Shown one piece after another: positions 26,201 to 38,055 of a stretch of 64,000 nucleotides of DNA; position 1 is the stretch's first letter; every line of letters begins with the position of its first letter. The DNA is taken from NCBI GenBank assembly GCA_051313645.2, contig JBNRSN020000010.1, forward strand, positions 9,486,001-9,550,000, given 5' to 3'. The notes under the pieces are model-generated. The model was given only the letters and a program-made list of their open reading frames with translations. It was not told the origin of the DNA and did no database searches. This DNA comes from Centroscyllium fabricii. Lineage: Eukaryota. Both the position numbers and the translations under genes were made by a program.

Positions 26201-27000
26201 TCGCAAGTGTTCGAGGGTGTCCAAGATGGCCGCGAGGTCGGTTCACATGTGGTGCTTCTGTGCCTGGGGGATGATTTGCAGATGCTCGCGTAGTGTCCCT
26301 TCTTCTGGCAATGCATGCACGTAGAGTCCTTTCCCAGACAGCGCTGTCTGGACTGCCCTGCTTGGTCACAGGAATAGCACTTCTGGCTCCGGGACACAGC
26401 CACGGTGGTCAGTCTGTATGCGTGGCGAGGCGAGGTTGGCGCAGCCTGGGGCGTCGTGCCTGGTGTGTTCCAAACTGGTGTCTCCCGCGTCATCCATGGG
26501 GCAGCAACGTGGCTGGGTGCGTAAGGCTCCATATTCCGATGAGGCCCCTCGAACGTGAGTCCGATGTCTCTGCCCTTCTTTAGGGACAGTTTGCACAGTT
26601 CCCGCAATCACTACTGGCTGTAGTCTGATTGTACGCCAGCGCCAATGATGTACCATACCTGCCGCAACTTGAGCTCATCTGCTGAGGCCGTTTCGCAGCT
26701 GCAGGCTCTGCTGAGCTCCGTCACAGCCCGCAGAAAATCCAGCGGAACTCTCACCGGGCCATTGTTTGTGGGTGAGCATGTGGTGCCTGGCAAAAACTGT
26801 GTTGCGCGGGTGCTCATACTGTTCCTTGAGGTGGGCCATAGCGGATGTGTAAGAGATCGCTCCCTTGATGATTTGGAACACTTGGTGATGGACCCGGGAC
26901 TGCAGGAGCCACAGTTTGTGGGCGTCCGTCTTTACAGTGTTGGCGGAGTCCGCCAGGAATCCCAGGAAATCGATTATCCTGTGGGAGAAGTCGCTTAGCG
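23230..27000 (-). mobile_element. Decayed Ty3/Gypsy internal region (gag-pol), related to 13560-17473
   Basis: gag (NTVFARHHML; CMHCQKKGH), RT (YPLPCI, YLDNV), RNase H (VVSDAADFAL) and a 421-aa integrase ORF at 23310-24575 (HPAVTR, DFKG, HCDRGSSF, NPRGIGKVE). Confidence 0.92.
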
Positions 27001-27005
27001 ACTCC

Positions 27006-27262
27006 GATGATAATAAAACGTTAAAAGTAGAACCAGATTGTAATATTACTTGTGTTTTTTCTACTAAATGATAGATTGTAACCCGAATATAACATTACTG
27101 GTGGTAATTTACTCCCAAATTTATGGAGGTGATCTACTCTAACATTACATCTGAGGTCAATAGTCTGACGTTACTGATGAGTACTGTGCTCTAACATTGC
27201 TGCTGTGAAAAAACACAAGTAATATTACAATCTGATTCTACTTTTAACGTTTTATTATCATC
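27006..27262. repeat. 56-bp inverted repeat bracketing an inverted satellite block
   Basis: 27006-27061 is the reverse complement of 27207-27262 with one mismatch; the spacer holds reverse-orientation satellite units (taacattactggtgg). Confidence 0.9.
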
Positions 27263-28218
27263 AACAGCAATGCAATTGGAGTAGATTCGCCATTACCAAT
27301 CTTAGTCTGGCGTTACGAATATTGATGTTAAATTAACATCTACCAAAGTAATGTTAGCGTATGTCACCACCAGCAGCGTTAGAGTAGCCTCGCCACAAGT
27401 AATGATCGAGTATAATCATCACCAGTAATGTTCGCGTAGCATCGCACCAGTAATGTTAGTGTTGGGTTGCCAAAATTAATGTTAGTGTATGGTCGCCACC
27501 ACTAATGTTAGAGTTGGTTCACCGCCAATAATAACACCGTTGGGTCAGCCCCACTAATCTTACGCATCGGTAATATTAGCGTACGGTCTACACCAGTAAT
27601 GGCAGAGTCGGGCCACCACCAGTACTGTTACAGTAGGGTGATCACCAGTAACGCTGGAATATAATTACAACCAGTATTGTTCGTGTAGTTTCAGCACCTG
27701 TAATATTATAGTAGTGTCCGCACCAGTAAGGGTTAAGTAGTGTCAGCACCAGTGATAGTGCAATGGAATTGCCGCCAGGAATGAGTGACTAGCATCACCA
27801 TCAGTAACGTTACAGTTGGGTCACCACCAGTAATGTTATAGTAAGGTCACCACCAGGAATCATAGTCTGGAGTTATCACCAGTAATGATAGAGCAGGTTC
27901 ACCACCAGAAATGTTAGTACAGCGTCACCACCAGTAATTTGAATTGGGATTCATGGTCAATAGTTATAGTAGTATCATGACCAGTAAATTTGGAACAGAA
28001 TTACCTGCAGTACTGATAGAGTCGGGTCACCACAAGTAATGTAAGATTAGGGTAACCAATAGTAATGATTCAGTAGAGGCCCCTCCAGTAATATTAGTGT
28101 AGTGTCACCACCAGAATTGCTAGAAAAATGTCACCGTCACTTTATGGTCACTATCTGTAGTTTTAGTGGAAAGTAAGCTTCATTTCTGTTAGATTAGTTT
28201 CACTACCATTAATGATAA

Positions 28219-28850
28219 ACATAGGAACATGGAAGATAGCCCCTCGAGTCTGCTCCGCCATATAATGATATCATGTTTCATTATCAAAGTTCAGTACCAT
28301 TTCCCTGCTTTCTCCACATATCCCGTGTTCGATTTAGCATCATGAAAAATAGCCAACTCCTTCTTGATTATAATGAATGAATTGGCGTCAACTGCCCTTT
28401 GTGTTAGATAATTCCACAGGTTCACTTATCTTTGGGTGAATAAAACACTCCTCATCTCAGCTCTAAATGGCTTACCTCTTATCGTTAGACTATGACACCT
28501 GGAAATATTACAACGTGTTCCCTCGTCTAGGCCATTTATATAACTGTGAAAAGCTTGGTGCCTAACACGGAACGCTGCTGTGCCCTACTATTCACTGACA
28601 GACTCTCGGAAAAAAATACCCGTATATTCAAGCTCTTTGCTTCCTGTCTGCCAAACAGTTCTCTATACAACACGTTACCTTACCTCCAATTCCATGTGCT
28701 TTAACGTTACAAACTTATGCGGGACCATAGCAAAAGCCGACTGAAAGTCCAAATGCACCACATCCACTGTTTCATCCTTATCTACCAGTTGCATCCTCAA
28801 TAAATTGCAGTAGATTGGTCAAGCTTCACTTAACTTTAGTAAATCCATGT
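28219..28850 (-). mobile_element. CR1 fragments (3' end plus RT piece)
   Basis: Reverse-strand 3' UTR (aacataggaacat..gagtctgctccgcca) and an RT piece (gcaaaagcc..gaaagtccaaatgcaccacatccac, reverse of DVVHLDFQ.AF). Confidence 0.8.
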
Positions 28851-28854
28851 GGAA

Positions 28855-29367
28855 TTTGTACAAATCAGTCAGCGAAAGCTCACAAGGCTGATACCTGGGA
28901 TGGCAGGAATAATGGACGGGGAGAGACTGGTTCGATTAGGCTTATACCCCCTGGAGTTTAGAAGAATGATAGGGGTTCTCATCGCAACTTATAACATTCT
29001 GACAGATCTGGACAAACTAGAAGGAGGAGGAATAATCCCGCTGGGCGGAGAGGCCAGAACGAGGAGGCACAGACTAACGATAAATGGTAGGCCACTCAGG
29101 ACAGCGATTAGGAAGAATTTATTCACCCTGATAGTGGTGATACTGTGGAATTCTCTAACGCAGAATGTGGATGAGTCCCAGTCATTGAATATTTTCAAGA
29201 AGGAGTTACATATAGTTCTAAGAGCTAAAGATATCAAGGGATTTGGGGAGATGGCAGGTACGGGGCACTGAGATTGGATGATCAGCCATGTTCTCATCGA
29301 ATGGCGGAGCAGGATCAAGGGAGCGAATTTCCTACTCCTGCACCTATCTTCTATGCTTCTATGTTTC
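28855..29367 (+). mobile_element. CR1 3' fragment
   Basis: ORF 28849-29271 (QRKLTRLIPGM..LEFRRMIG..LWNSL) and tail tcttctatgcttctatgtttct. Confidence 0.85.
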
Positions 29368-32028
29368 TGTCATCAATAATGCTAGGCTAGATCCAGCAAA
29401 TTTAGAGTAGGGTCCTCAATAGTAATGCTAAAGTAGTGTCACCATCAGTAATGTAACATTTGAGTCTCCACTCGTAATATTAGTGTACAGTCACCACCAG
29501 TATTTATATAAAAGAAAGACTGGCAGTAATGTTATGGTAGGCTCACTACCAGAAATGATAGAAGAGGTTAATTACCAGTAATGGTATAGTCGGGTCAACA
29601 CCAGTAATAGTAGAGGAACGTCACCACCAGCAATGCTAGAGTATGATCAACACTAGTAATCCTAATGTATAGTGAACGCCAATAACTTTAAAGTACGTCC
29701 ACAGCCAGTAAATGTAGAGTAGGGTCACTACCTTCACTGTTAGCGTAGTGTCACCGCAATTAATGATAGAGTAGTGACACCACCAGATTTGCTAGAATGC
29801 ATTCACCACCAGCGTTAAGGCCAACTTCAGTAGTCTTAGCGTACGTTCATCACCATTAATGCTGGAGTAGTCAACACCAGTAATGAGAAGTTGGTTCATC
29901 ACCAGTAATGTTAGAGTATGGTCACCACCAGTAATGTTAGAGAAGGGTCAGCAGCAGTAATCTTACAGTAGCAGCACACCCAGTAAGGTTTGAGTAGAGT
30001 CAAGAGCAGTAATGTTAGAGTTGGCACAACACCTAACGATTGCGTAGAGCAGCATGTCAGGGTATCATCACCACCAGTAACGTTAGAATAGGTTCACTAG
30101 CAGGAAAGTTAGAGTTGAGTCACCACCTTTAATTTTAGTTTGTGTCACCACCAGTAGTGAGAGTGTAGTGTCACCATCAGAATTGCTAAATAGATTCACC
30201 AACAGTAATGATAATTTAGCGCCACCATCAGTAGTTTTAGAATACGGTCATCACTATTAATGCTAGATTAGCATCACAAGCAGTAATGATACGTAGGGTT
30301 TGCACCAGTAATGTCGAAGTAGGTTTACCACCAGTAATGTTAAATAAATTAATCGCCAGTAATTATACAGTAGGGTCACCAGCAATAATTTTAGAGTAGA
30401 ATAAACACCAGTAATGTGAGAGTTGGTACAACACCGGTAATGATAGTTTAGAGTCCGCACCAGTAATGATAGAGTAGAGTCACCTCCAGCAATGATTTAG
30501 CAGTATCCCCAACAGTAACGTTAGAGTACGGTCACCACCGGTAATGTTCGGGTAGCGTCAACAGCAGTAATGCTGGCATACGGTCACCACCGTTAATGTT
30601 AGGTAATGTTACCACCAGTAATGAGGGAGTAGTATCACCACCATGATTGCTACAATATATTCACCACCAGTAATGGTACCTTAGGGCCACCATCTGTAGC
30701 GGTACAGTAAGGTCATCGCCAGTAATGTTACAGTAGGCTCAACACCAGTAATTTTGGAGTAGTATCCACACCACTAATACCAGAGTAGGCAAAACATCAG
30801 TAATGAAAGTGTAGAGACATCGCCAGCAATGATAGAGTCGAGTCACCACCGTTATAGTTAGACTAGTGTCACCATAAGTAATATCAGTGTAGGGTGACCA
30901 CCAGTAATGTTAGAGTATGGTTACAACCATTACTGTTAGGGCAGTGTCACCAGCAGTGATGTTAATGTACGGTCACAACAAGTAATGTAAGAAGTGGATC
31001 ACCAACAGTAATTCAGGGGTTGGATTAACTCCAGTAATGTTAGAGTACTGTCGCCATCAGTAATCATTAGTAGAGTAACCCCCAGTAATGCTAGAGTATC
31101 GTCATCACCAGCACCTTTAGAATAGCTTCCCCATCAGTAAAGTTAGAGTAGCGTCACCAGCATTAGGGTAGTGTGACCGCCAGTAAGGATAGAGTAGTGT
31201 CAACACCAGAATTGCTAGACTAGATTCAGCACCAGTAGTTATAGCTTATAGCCACCATCAGTAATTTTAGAGTAAGTTCACATCAGTTAATGTTAGAATA
31301 GGATCACAGCCATTAATGTAAGAGTAGTATCACCACTAGTAATATTACAGCAGGTTCATACCCAATCAAATTAGAATAGGATTGCTGCCAGTAATGCTAG
31401 TATCGGGCGAACACTATTCATGATACGCAATAGTTACTATCAGTAGCGTCAAAGTTGGATTATTACCAGTAATTTTATAGTGGAGAATAACTAGTAATGT
31501 TCGCGTGTGGTCAGAATCAGTTATATTAATTTGACGTCACCACAGATATTGTAAGAATCGAGTCCCCACGACTAATTTTGGAATAGAGTCACCGCCAGTA
31601 ATGTAAAATAAACAGCACCACCAGTAATGTTAGAATACGCTGATTAATGTTCGTGTTAAAGTAGTATCATCGCCAGTCATGTTCCAACCGAGTCACCGCC
31701 AGTAATCATTACAGTACATAACACATTTAATTTTTGCAATGGATGTCTGAAGATTTCAGAGAATTAACAGGAGATCTCCAGAAATAACGCAGTATCCGTG
31801 ACAGATCTTACCTTCAGCGTTCAGGGGGCATGCACTGATAACATTCCCTCTGGGATTATTTGCCGCTCAATAATTTTAGTGGAATGAGTTTCGTGGTCTG
31901 AGCTTTATAATTTCCCCAGCGGCGACCCGAGCGCGCTGAAGTTGAAAATAGCTCCTTGTTTGTTCAGTGACTGTAACTAACTCCACATATCGTACAACCG
32001 CATTTTTACAGCTGCGCACGTGTTGTTG

Positions 32029-32035
32029 TATAAAT
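32029..32035 (+). promoter_or_regulatory. Candidate TATA box of the GPCR gene
   Basis: TATAAAT about 80 bp upstream of the ATG at 32113; position-based inference only. Confidence 0.45.
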
Positions 32036-32112
32036 TGGAAGCTTTTACGGAACTCAAATAAACTCAAGTCCGAACGGTAAAGCGGGAGAGAAGTCACACA
32101 TTCTTTAACAAA

Positions 32113-33808
32113 ATGCAACGGCCAACAATTCTACAGATAAGGGACATTTACTATCATATGCTCGCAGCTTTCGGTATTCCCGGTAAGCCAATGTGTCTTC
32201 GGGATTATTAGCTGTTGACTATCTCAATGTTTATTTGACAGAGTCCGAGAATGTCCTCATTGCAGAGTCCTGTATCCACCCCGATCAGTTGGTGAATTTT
32301 CAGCGGAAAACCGATTACTTCGCGCGGCCGTTGAGGCACTGTTTTGGTAGCTCGATCGCGGGCACAATGGGCGTTCATCCATCTTCCCCATGCTGAGGGA
32401 GGGCGAGGCTGATTCAGCGGCCCGTCCTGCAGTATATTGAGCAATAAAGACTGCAATAATCATCTCCATTGTACCTTTGTCCTCTGTCTACTTTAACTTA
32501 ATCATTTCTGGCACTTCAGCCAGCACCACACAACAGTGGACTTTCAAACAGAATGTAATAAATAATTGTTGTTCAGGGAGCTGCTTTTCTCCTCGCGGCA
32601 GCGTTTCGGCTTCAATTGAACTGTTTTGTCTCAGCTTAATTATTTATTTGAATTTAATTTTTCCATGAAAAGCCGTGAAATTCTATTTAATATTTAACTG
32701 AATTTTGCTGCAAGGCTGGCGGATTTTGAATCTGTGGATTTTCAATTTTCAATTATTTTATTTATTTAAATACAGTGTCTTCTCCCTCGCTTATATTAAT
32801 GTTAAAATATCCATGCGCATAACGCTGAATGAGGACAGATCTGAATGTTTCCCCACAATTATCTATGAGATATCTCTGAATGTCACCGTTACTGACTTAT
32901 TCCACCTCTTTCTCACAGCGAACCTACTGACAATCCTGATTCTCTACAGAGGAAACTGCGGCCTTTCCAAATGCATCTCTGTCTACATGGTGGCCATGGC
33001 AACAGCAGATCTACTGGTCATGATCATCAATATATTAGTGAACCGAATTATCAGTCATCACTTTCCGCATTCCTTCCTGTCCTATACTTCCGTCTGTAAG
33101 ATAATTATGTACATGCAATGCGTCACCCTGTATGTATCGGTGTGGTTTACAGTCTCGTTCACATTTGACCGATTTGTAGCTATATGTTGTGAGAAGTTTA
33201 AAACAAAATACTGCACAGTGAGAACTGCGGCCGCTGTCATAACAACGGTCTCCGTCCTAATCTGTTTACAGAGCCTCCCTTTTTGGTTTGCATATGAACC
33301 TGTGAGAATAATTAAGAATGTTCACTGGGGTTGCCGCCCCAGGTTGGATTTTTTTTCATCGCCTGCAGGTGCAGCATACTCCTGGTTGGAAAGTATTTTC
33401 ATTGCTTGGCTTGCTAATGCTTTGATATTACTATTTAATTGTTTGACAGTTCGACGCATTTTCGTGGTTAGTAGTGCCCGCAGGGGACTTCGAGTGAACA
33501 GCAGTGAGAATCGCAGCGATCCAGAGATGGAGAGCCGAAGGAAATCCATCATTTTACTGTTCAGTGTATCAGGCAGTTTTATAGTGTTGTGGCTAACAGC
33601 AATCGTTAGTTTTTTAACTACAAGACTGACAAACACCGCGCAGTATCGAGGCGATTATGCGGCCCCTGCATATGTTGCCACTGAAACCGGATATATGCTC
33701 ATGTATTTGAGTTCCTGTACAAACACATGTATTTATGCAGCGACCCAAAGTAAATTCAGGGTAGAGCTGAAGAATGTGGTGAAATGGCCTTGCACTTTTA
33801 TTGGTTAA
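32113..33808 (+). CDS. Two-exon class A GPCR, GPR139/GPR142-like; join(32113..32182,32919..33808), 319 aa
   Basis: Exon 1 is MQRPTILQIRDIYYHMLAAFGIP, followed by donor GTAAG at 32183. Acceptor ctctttctcacAG ends at 32918, and the phase-1 join gives P-A-NLLTILIL. Motifs MVAMATADLL (TM2), SVWFTVSFTFDRFVAIC (TM3), RKSIILLFSVSGSFIVLW (TM6) and LSSCTNTCIY (TM7). 960 nt including stop, no lesions. Confidence 0.9.
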
Positions 33809-33921
33809 AAAATTAAAACCTTATCTAACGCACTCTGTCCTTATTAGAGTTACATTACTGCAGGTGTCCATTTTAGAATAGCCGTCTGTCATTTAGGACG
33901 GACTTGGTTTGTTGTTGTTAA

Positions 33922-33927
33922 AATAAA
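33922..33927 (+). terminator. Candidate polyadenylation signal of the GPCR gene
   Basis: AATAAA about 115 bp after the stop codon. Confidence 0.5.
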
Positions 33928-34146
33928 CAAGTATCAGCGAACATTTATTCCACTTTTTGCTGTGTGATTAATGTCTGCCGTATTCCCCTAGAGAACAGTC
34001 TCGATTCCGTTAAAACAGAGCCGTTTCCGCTCAATATTCAGAGAAAACAGCCATGATTTAACTTCAGCAGTAGAGTGGAACATTTGGGCGTCAGCGTGAA
34101 TTCCAGTTTAATACATATGCACAGATTACATTAACGAAGAATCGTT

Positions 34147-34960
34147 GGCACAGAAATTCGGCCCGCATTACTCGAGTACGGAGCGGGTACTCACGGGTGC
34201 CGCCCTCAAAAGTGCAGGTTCTGTGTGTGCACCGAGTATGTGCACCGAGTATGTGCACAGAACCAGTGCTTCCGATGCCGGCTCTGGGGGTTCAGGAGCC
34301 GGTGCGTATTGATCTGCGCACCAGGACCTGTGCAATGAACCTCCGCTTTTTTTGCAAATTTTTTATCGGGTTAAGTATCGGAAAAGTTACAAATATCATC
34401 CGTATCGACTCATTTTTTGAAGCTAAGTCTCTATTTTATACAGTTTATGTATTTCCTTCCAGGTTTTTTTAAATTTTTAAATAACTAACCAAAGCTAAGT
34501 CGTTTTTTAGCGCAGGTAAAAACATAAAATATTTTTTCAACATTTTTATTTTGTTAGTTAAAATAGGTAATTAATGTTAGTGATGGTAATGTTAAAAAAA
34601 TAGGTGTTATTTTTTAATTAATTTTATTGTTTAATGTGTTTTGTGGGTTGTTGCATTTCATAACTTTGACAGATCTGTCTGTCAAAGTTATGAATGGAGG
34701 ATCGTTGGCAATGATTGGCTTCCCGCTGACCAAATGGTTCCGCGCAGATTCTCGCAGTATCTCCGTCGCTGCGTTGCTAGTGTGGCGCGTGTGACCTGGA
34801 GCAGTACGTGGAATCGGGATTTCAGTTGATTTAATTTCAATGAGGCCTGTGCGCAGGGTATGTGGACCTCGAAGGCTTGTACACGCAGCAAATCTCCGAT
34901 GCTAATTTTTGGGGAACAGTTTTACAATGGTGGATATTTGTAATCCAGCAATTTTGGTGT
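34147..34960. mobile_element. Probable old Harbinger-like MITE
   Basis: Starts ggcacagaaattc, similar to the TIR at 50580; GC-rich ends and AT-rich middle like the other MITEs. Right TIR not resolved. Confidence 0.4.
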
Positions 34961-36239
34961 GAATGTTGCGGGCGGTATTCTCCCCATCTACTCCAAAAGC
35001 GCTCCCAGCCATCGTCTACCGAATAGAACGGAAAATTTCACCTGATTAGTGTCGAATGATGGAGACAGCAGGAACTTGAATCGTCCATGTGACAATAAAC
35101 ATTTTTGTTCAAAGTATGTACTTAAAATATCAACGGGTCATCAGTATGTTTTGCTTACTAATGGGGAGATAGTTTCTCAGGAACTGCAACAAGGGCCAAG
35201 TCCGTTTCAGTCAGAATGGTTCAGCTGCACTGGAGGATAGGACAAAGAATGGGTGAGCAATAGTGATAGGGGATAATATCGTGAGTGGAGACGCTAGATA
35301 TTTCTCAGGTCGCAGACGTGACTCCAAGATGTTATCTTGCGTCCCTGGTGCCAGGGTCAAGGATGTCACTAAACGGCTGCCGGACATTTTGGAGGCAGTA
35401 TGTCGAAAAAACAGAAGACGTGGTTCACATTAATACCAATAATATGGGTAGAATGAGTGATGATATCCTGCAAAACGAATTGAATTAGCTACGGTGAAGA
35501 TTAAAAAGAAATACCTCAAAGTTTGTAATTTCAGGATTACTCATTATGCCACACTCTACTGAGTATAGGAATAGGAGGTTACACCACATTAACGACTGGT
35601 TAAAGGGTAGGTGCATGGGGGACGGCTTTTGTCGCCTAGATCACTGCATCTGCTTATGGGGAAGTTTGGACCTGTACAGGTCGGACGGGTTGCACATGAA
35701 ACGGAAAGTGTCCAACATAGTTTTGGGGAGGTTTGCTATTACTGTTGGGGGAGGAGGGTTAAACTAACGTGAGAGCGAGATGGGATGCAGAGTGCATCTA
35801 TATTAGGTGGTGATGCACACCGAATATATAGGAAAAACAAGTGAACCCGGAAGGCAGAGCAGATACGTAACGGCACAATGGAGTTTGGCAACACTGGATG
35901 GCATTTATTTAAAGCAAGGCATATTTACAATAAGGGAGATGGGTTGATGGAGTTGATGAAGTCATGGGAGTATGACATTGTTGCTATTAAAGAGACATAG
36001 TTGAGGGAGGGGCTGGACTGGCAGTTCAACATTCCGTGGTAGAGAATCTTCAAGCGAGAGAGTGGGGTTGTAATAGAGCAGGGGGTGTCGTAATTTTAGT
36101 CATGGAGTCAATTCCTGCTCTAAGTAGGATATTTTAGCAGGTTCTTCTAATGAGGATAAATGGGTAGAACCTAACAAAGAAAGAGCGGTAGACCTTTCCT
36201 TGGAAGATACTACCGGCCGCCAAAGAGTCAGGGGCAGAT

Positions 36240-36432
36240 TCAATTCAATTCAATTCAATTCAAGTTTTATTGTCATTGCAGAGTACTAGTACAATACAAT
36301 GAGACGAAGACTCGCCGCTCCCGAGAGTAGTGCAAATAAATTACGTGCAAATTGCATACAGTAAAGTACACTTTCAGGTGTGCAGGTACTGGAGTTCTTT
36401 ATACTCTTTATACTTTATACCGGAGTACTGAT
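36240..36432 (-). mobile_element. Short retroposon 3' end with (CAATT)n/(ATTGA)n tail inserted in CR1
   Basis: caatt x4 followed by ttttattg (AATAAA on the minus strand); CR1 sequence is continuous across it, with GAT on both sides. Confidence 0.55.
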
Positions 36433-36609
36433 AGAGGAACATATCAGTAGGCACACCTCAGTGAAGTGTAGATATAATAGCATAATAAAGTAGGGGTTTC
36501 AACTTCCCAATATTAACAGGGATAATCAGAGTGTGAAAGGCTTAGAGTGTGCAGAATTATTGAAGTGCAACCAGGAGTGTTTAGTGAGCAAGCATATAGA
36601 AAGTCCTAG

Positions 36610-36974
36610 AAGATAGGAGCAGGAGAAGGCCACTCCTCCCTTCGAGCCTGCTCTGCCATTCAATGAGATGATGGCTGATCATCCAAACTCAGCACCCTAT
36701 CCCTGTCCCCTCCCCACATCTATCTCGAGCCTGCACAGAAACATATCACACCCTATCCGCGTAACCCCACATTAGCAATCCCCCTAACACTAAGGGTCAA
36801 TTTTAACCCGAACATATTTGGACTGTGGGAGCAAACCGGATCACCCGCAGGAAACCCCCGATTACAAGAGGAGAATGTGCAAATTCCACACATATAGTAC
36901 CCGAGGCTGGATTTGAACCCGGGTCTCTAGTGCTGCGAGGCAACAGTGCTAACCACGATGCCACGGTGCCGCCC
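36610..36974 (-). mobile_element. tRNA-derived SINE, HE1-like
   Basis: Minus strand begins GGGCGGCACCGTGGCATCGTGGTTAGCACTG (A box) and has B box GGTTCAAATCC, core tgtggaatttgcacattctcc, and a CR1-like 3' tail. Confidence 0.85.
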
Positions 36975-38055
36975 GAGAGCGGGTGGCAATGGACATAATT
37001 CAAGGGAACGTAGCCTGGCAAGTGTTCGAGGTATCAGGAGGAGAGCATGTTGTTGACAGTGACCATAATTCGTTGAGTTATAAGGCAGTCATATGAATGA
37101 CATAAATGGACAGGAAATAAAGGTTCTAAATTAGGGGAAGGCAGGTATTAATATGAAAAGGCATGATCTGGCCAACATGGACTGGTATCATCTATTTGTA
37201 CGAAAATCCACATCAGAGAAACGGGAGTCTTTCTGAAATGAAAGAAAGAGTGCACAACTCCAACATGTTCCCGTAAAGGTCAAGGCAGGTAAGAACAACA
37301 AACCTAGGGAATCCTGATGTCAAGGGATATACAAGAATGGATTAGGAAATAAAGTGTGTCTTTTGGAAGATAACATGGATTAAACATAGTAGAACTCCTG
37401 GAGGAGTATAGCAAGCTGAGGGGGTTATTTAAAAAAAGGAGGGCGAAGCGGGTGCATGAAAATACACTGGTGTGCAAAATAATCGAAAATCCCAAAGTGT
37501 TTTAAAAGTAAATTAAGCTAAAAGCGAAAACCAGGGAAAGAGTAGGGCCCATTATGGACCAAAGTGGCAATCTGTCTGCAGAGTCGGAAAATTTAGGTGA
37601 AAAATTAAATTAATATTTTGCATTCACTATGGAAAATGTGATCTAAGCATAGAAATCAGGCAGTGGGTTGTAATATTCTAGAAAACATTGGCATTGAGAG
37701 GGAGGAGGTACTAACGCTTTTAGCGGGCTTAAAAGGGAATAAATCATCAATCCCTGATGGGATGCATGCCTGGCCACTGTTGGAGATAAGGGAGGGCATG
37801 GCAGGGGATCTGACACAAATTTTTCCGGACATCTCTGGCTACAGCGGAGGTGCCAGTCCCCTGGAGAACAACTAATGCAATACCATTATTCAAGAAGGTT
37901 AGTAGCGATAAAACAGGGAATAACAGGCCAGTGAACCTAACATTAGTGGTAGGGAAATTATTGAAAAACATTATCAGGGACAGAATTTGTCTCCACTTTG
38001 ATAGGGATGGATAAATCAGGGATAGTCAGCATTGCTTGGTCACGGCAGAGATAAT

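Larger units (their letters stand above)
27062..31720 (+). repeat. Diverged 26-bp satellite array (approximate consensus CACCAGTAATGTTAGAGTAGGGTCAC), interrupted by CR1 at 28219-29367
   Basis: Period of 26 visible, e.g. accagtaatg at 29901 and 29927; the motif recurs throughout the interval. Confidence 0.93.

Noticed and set aside
27062-31720. CRISPR-like array
   Set aside because: Contiguous degenerate monomers with no unique spacers, no cas genes and a vertebrate context; it is a satellite.
32705-32918. N-terminal 71 aa of the 367-aa ORF
   Set aside because: Non-ATG start, AT-rich, and ends in a polypyrimidine tract plus AG acceptor; a better exon 1 with a GT donor exists at 32113-32182.
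36900-36974. tRNA gene
   Set aside because: A and B boxes are present, but the sequence continues into SINE core and tail, so it is the SINE head.
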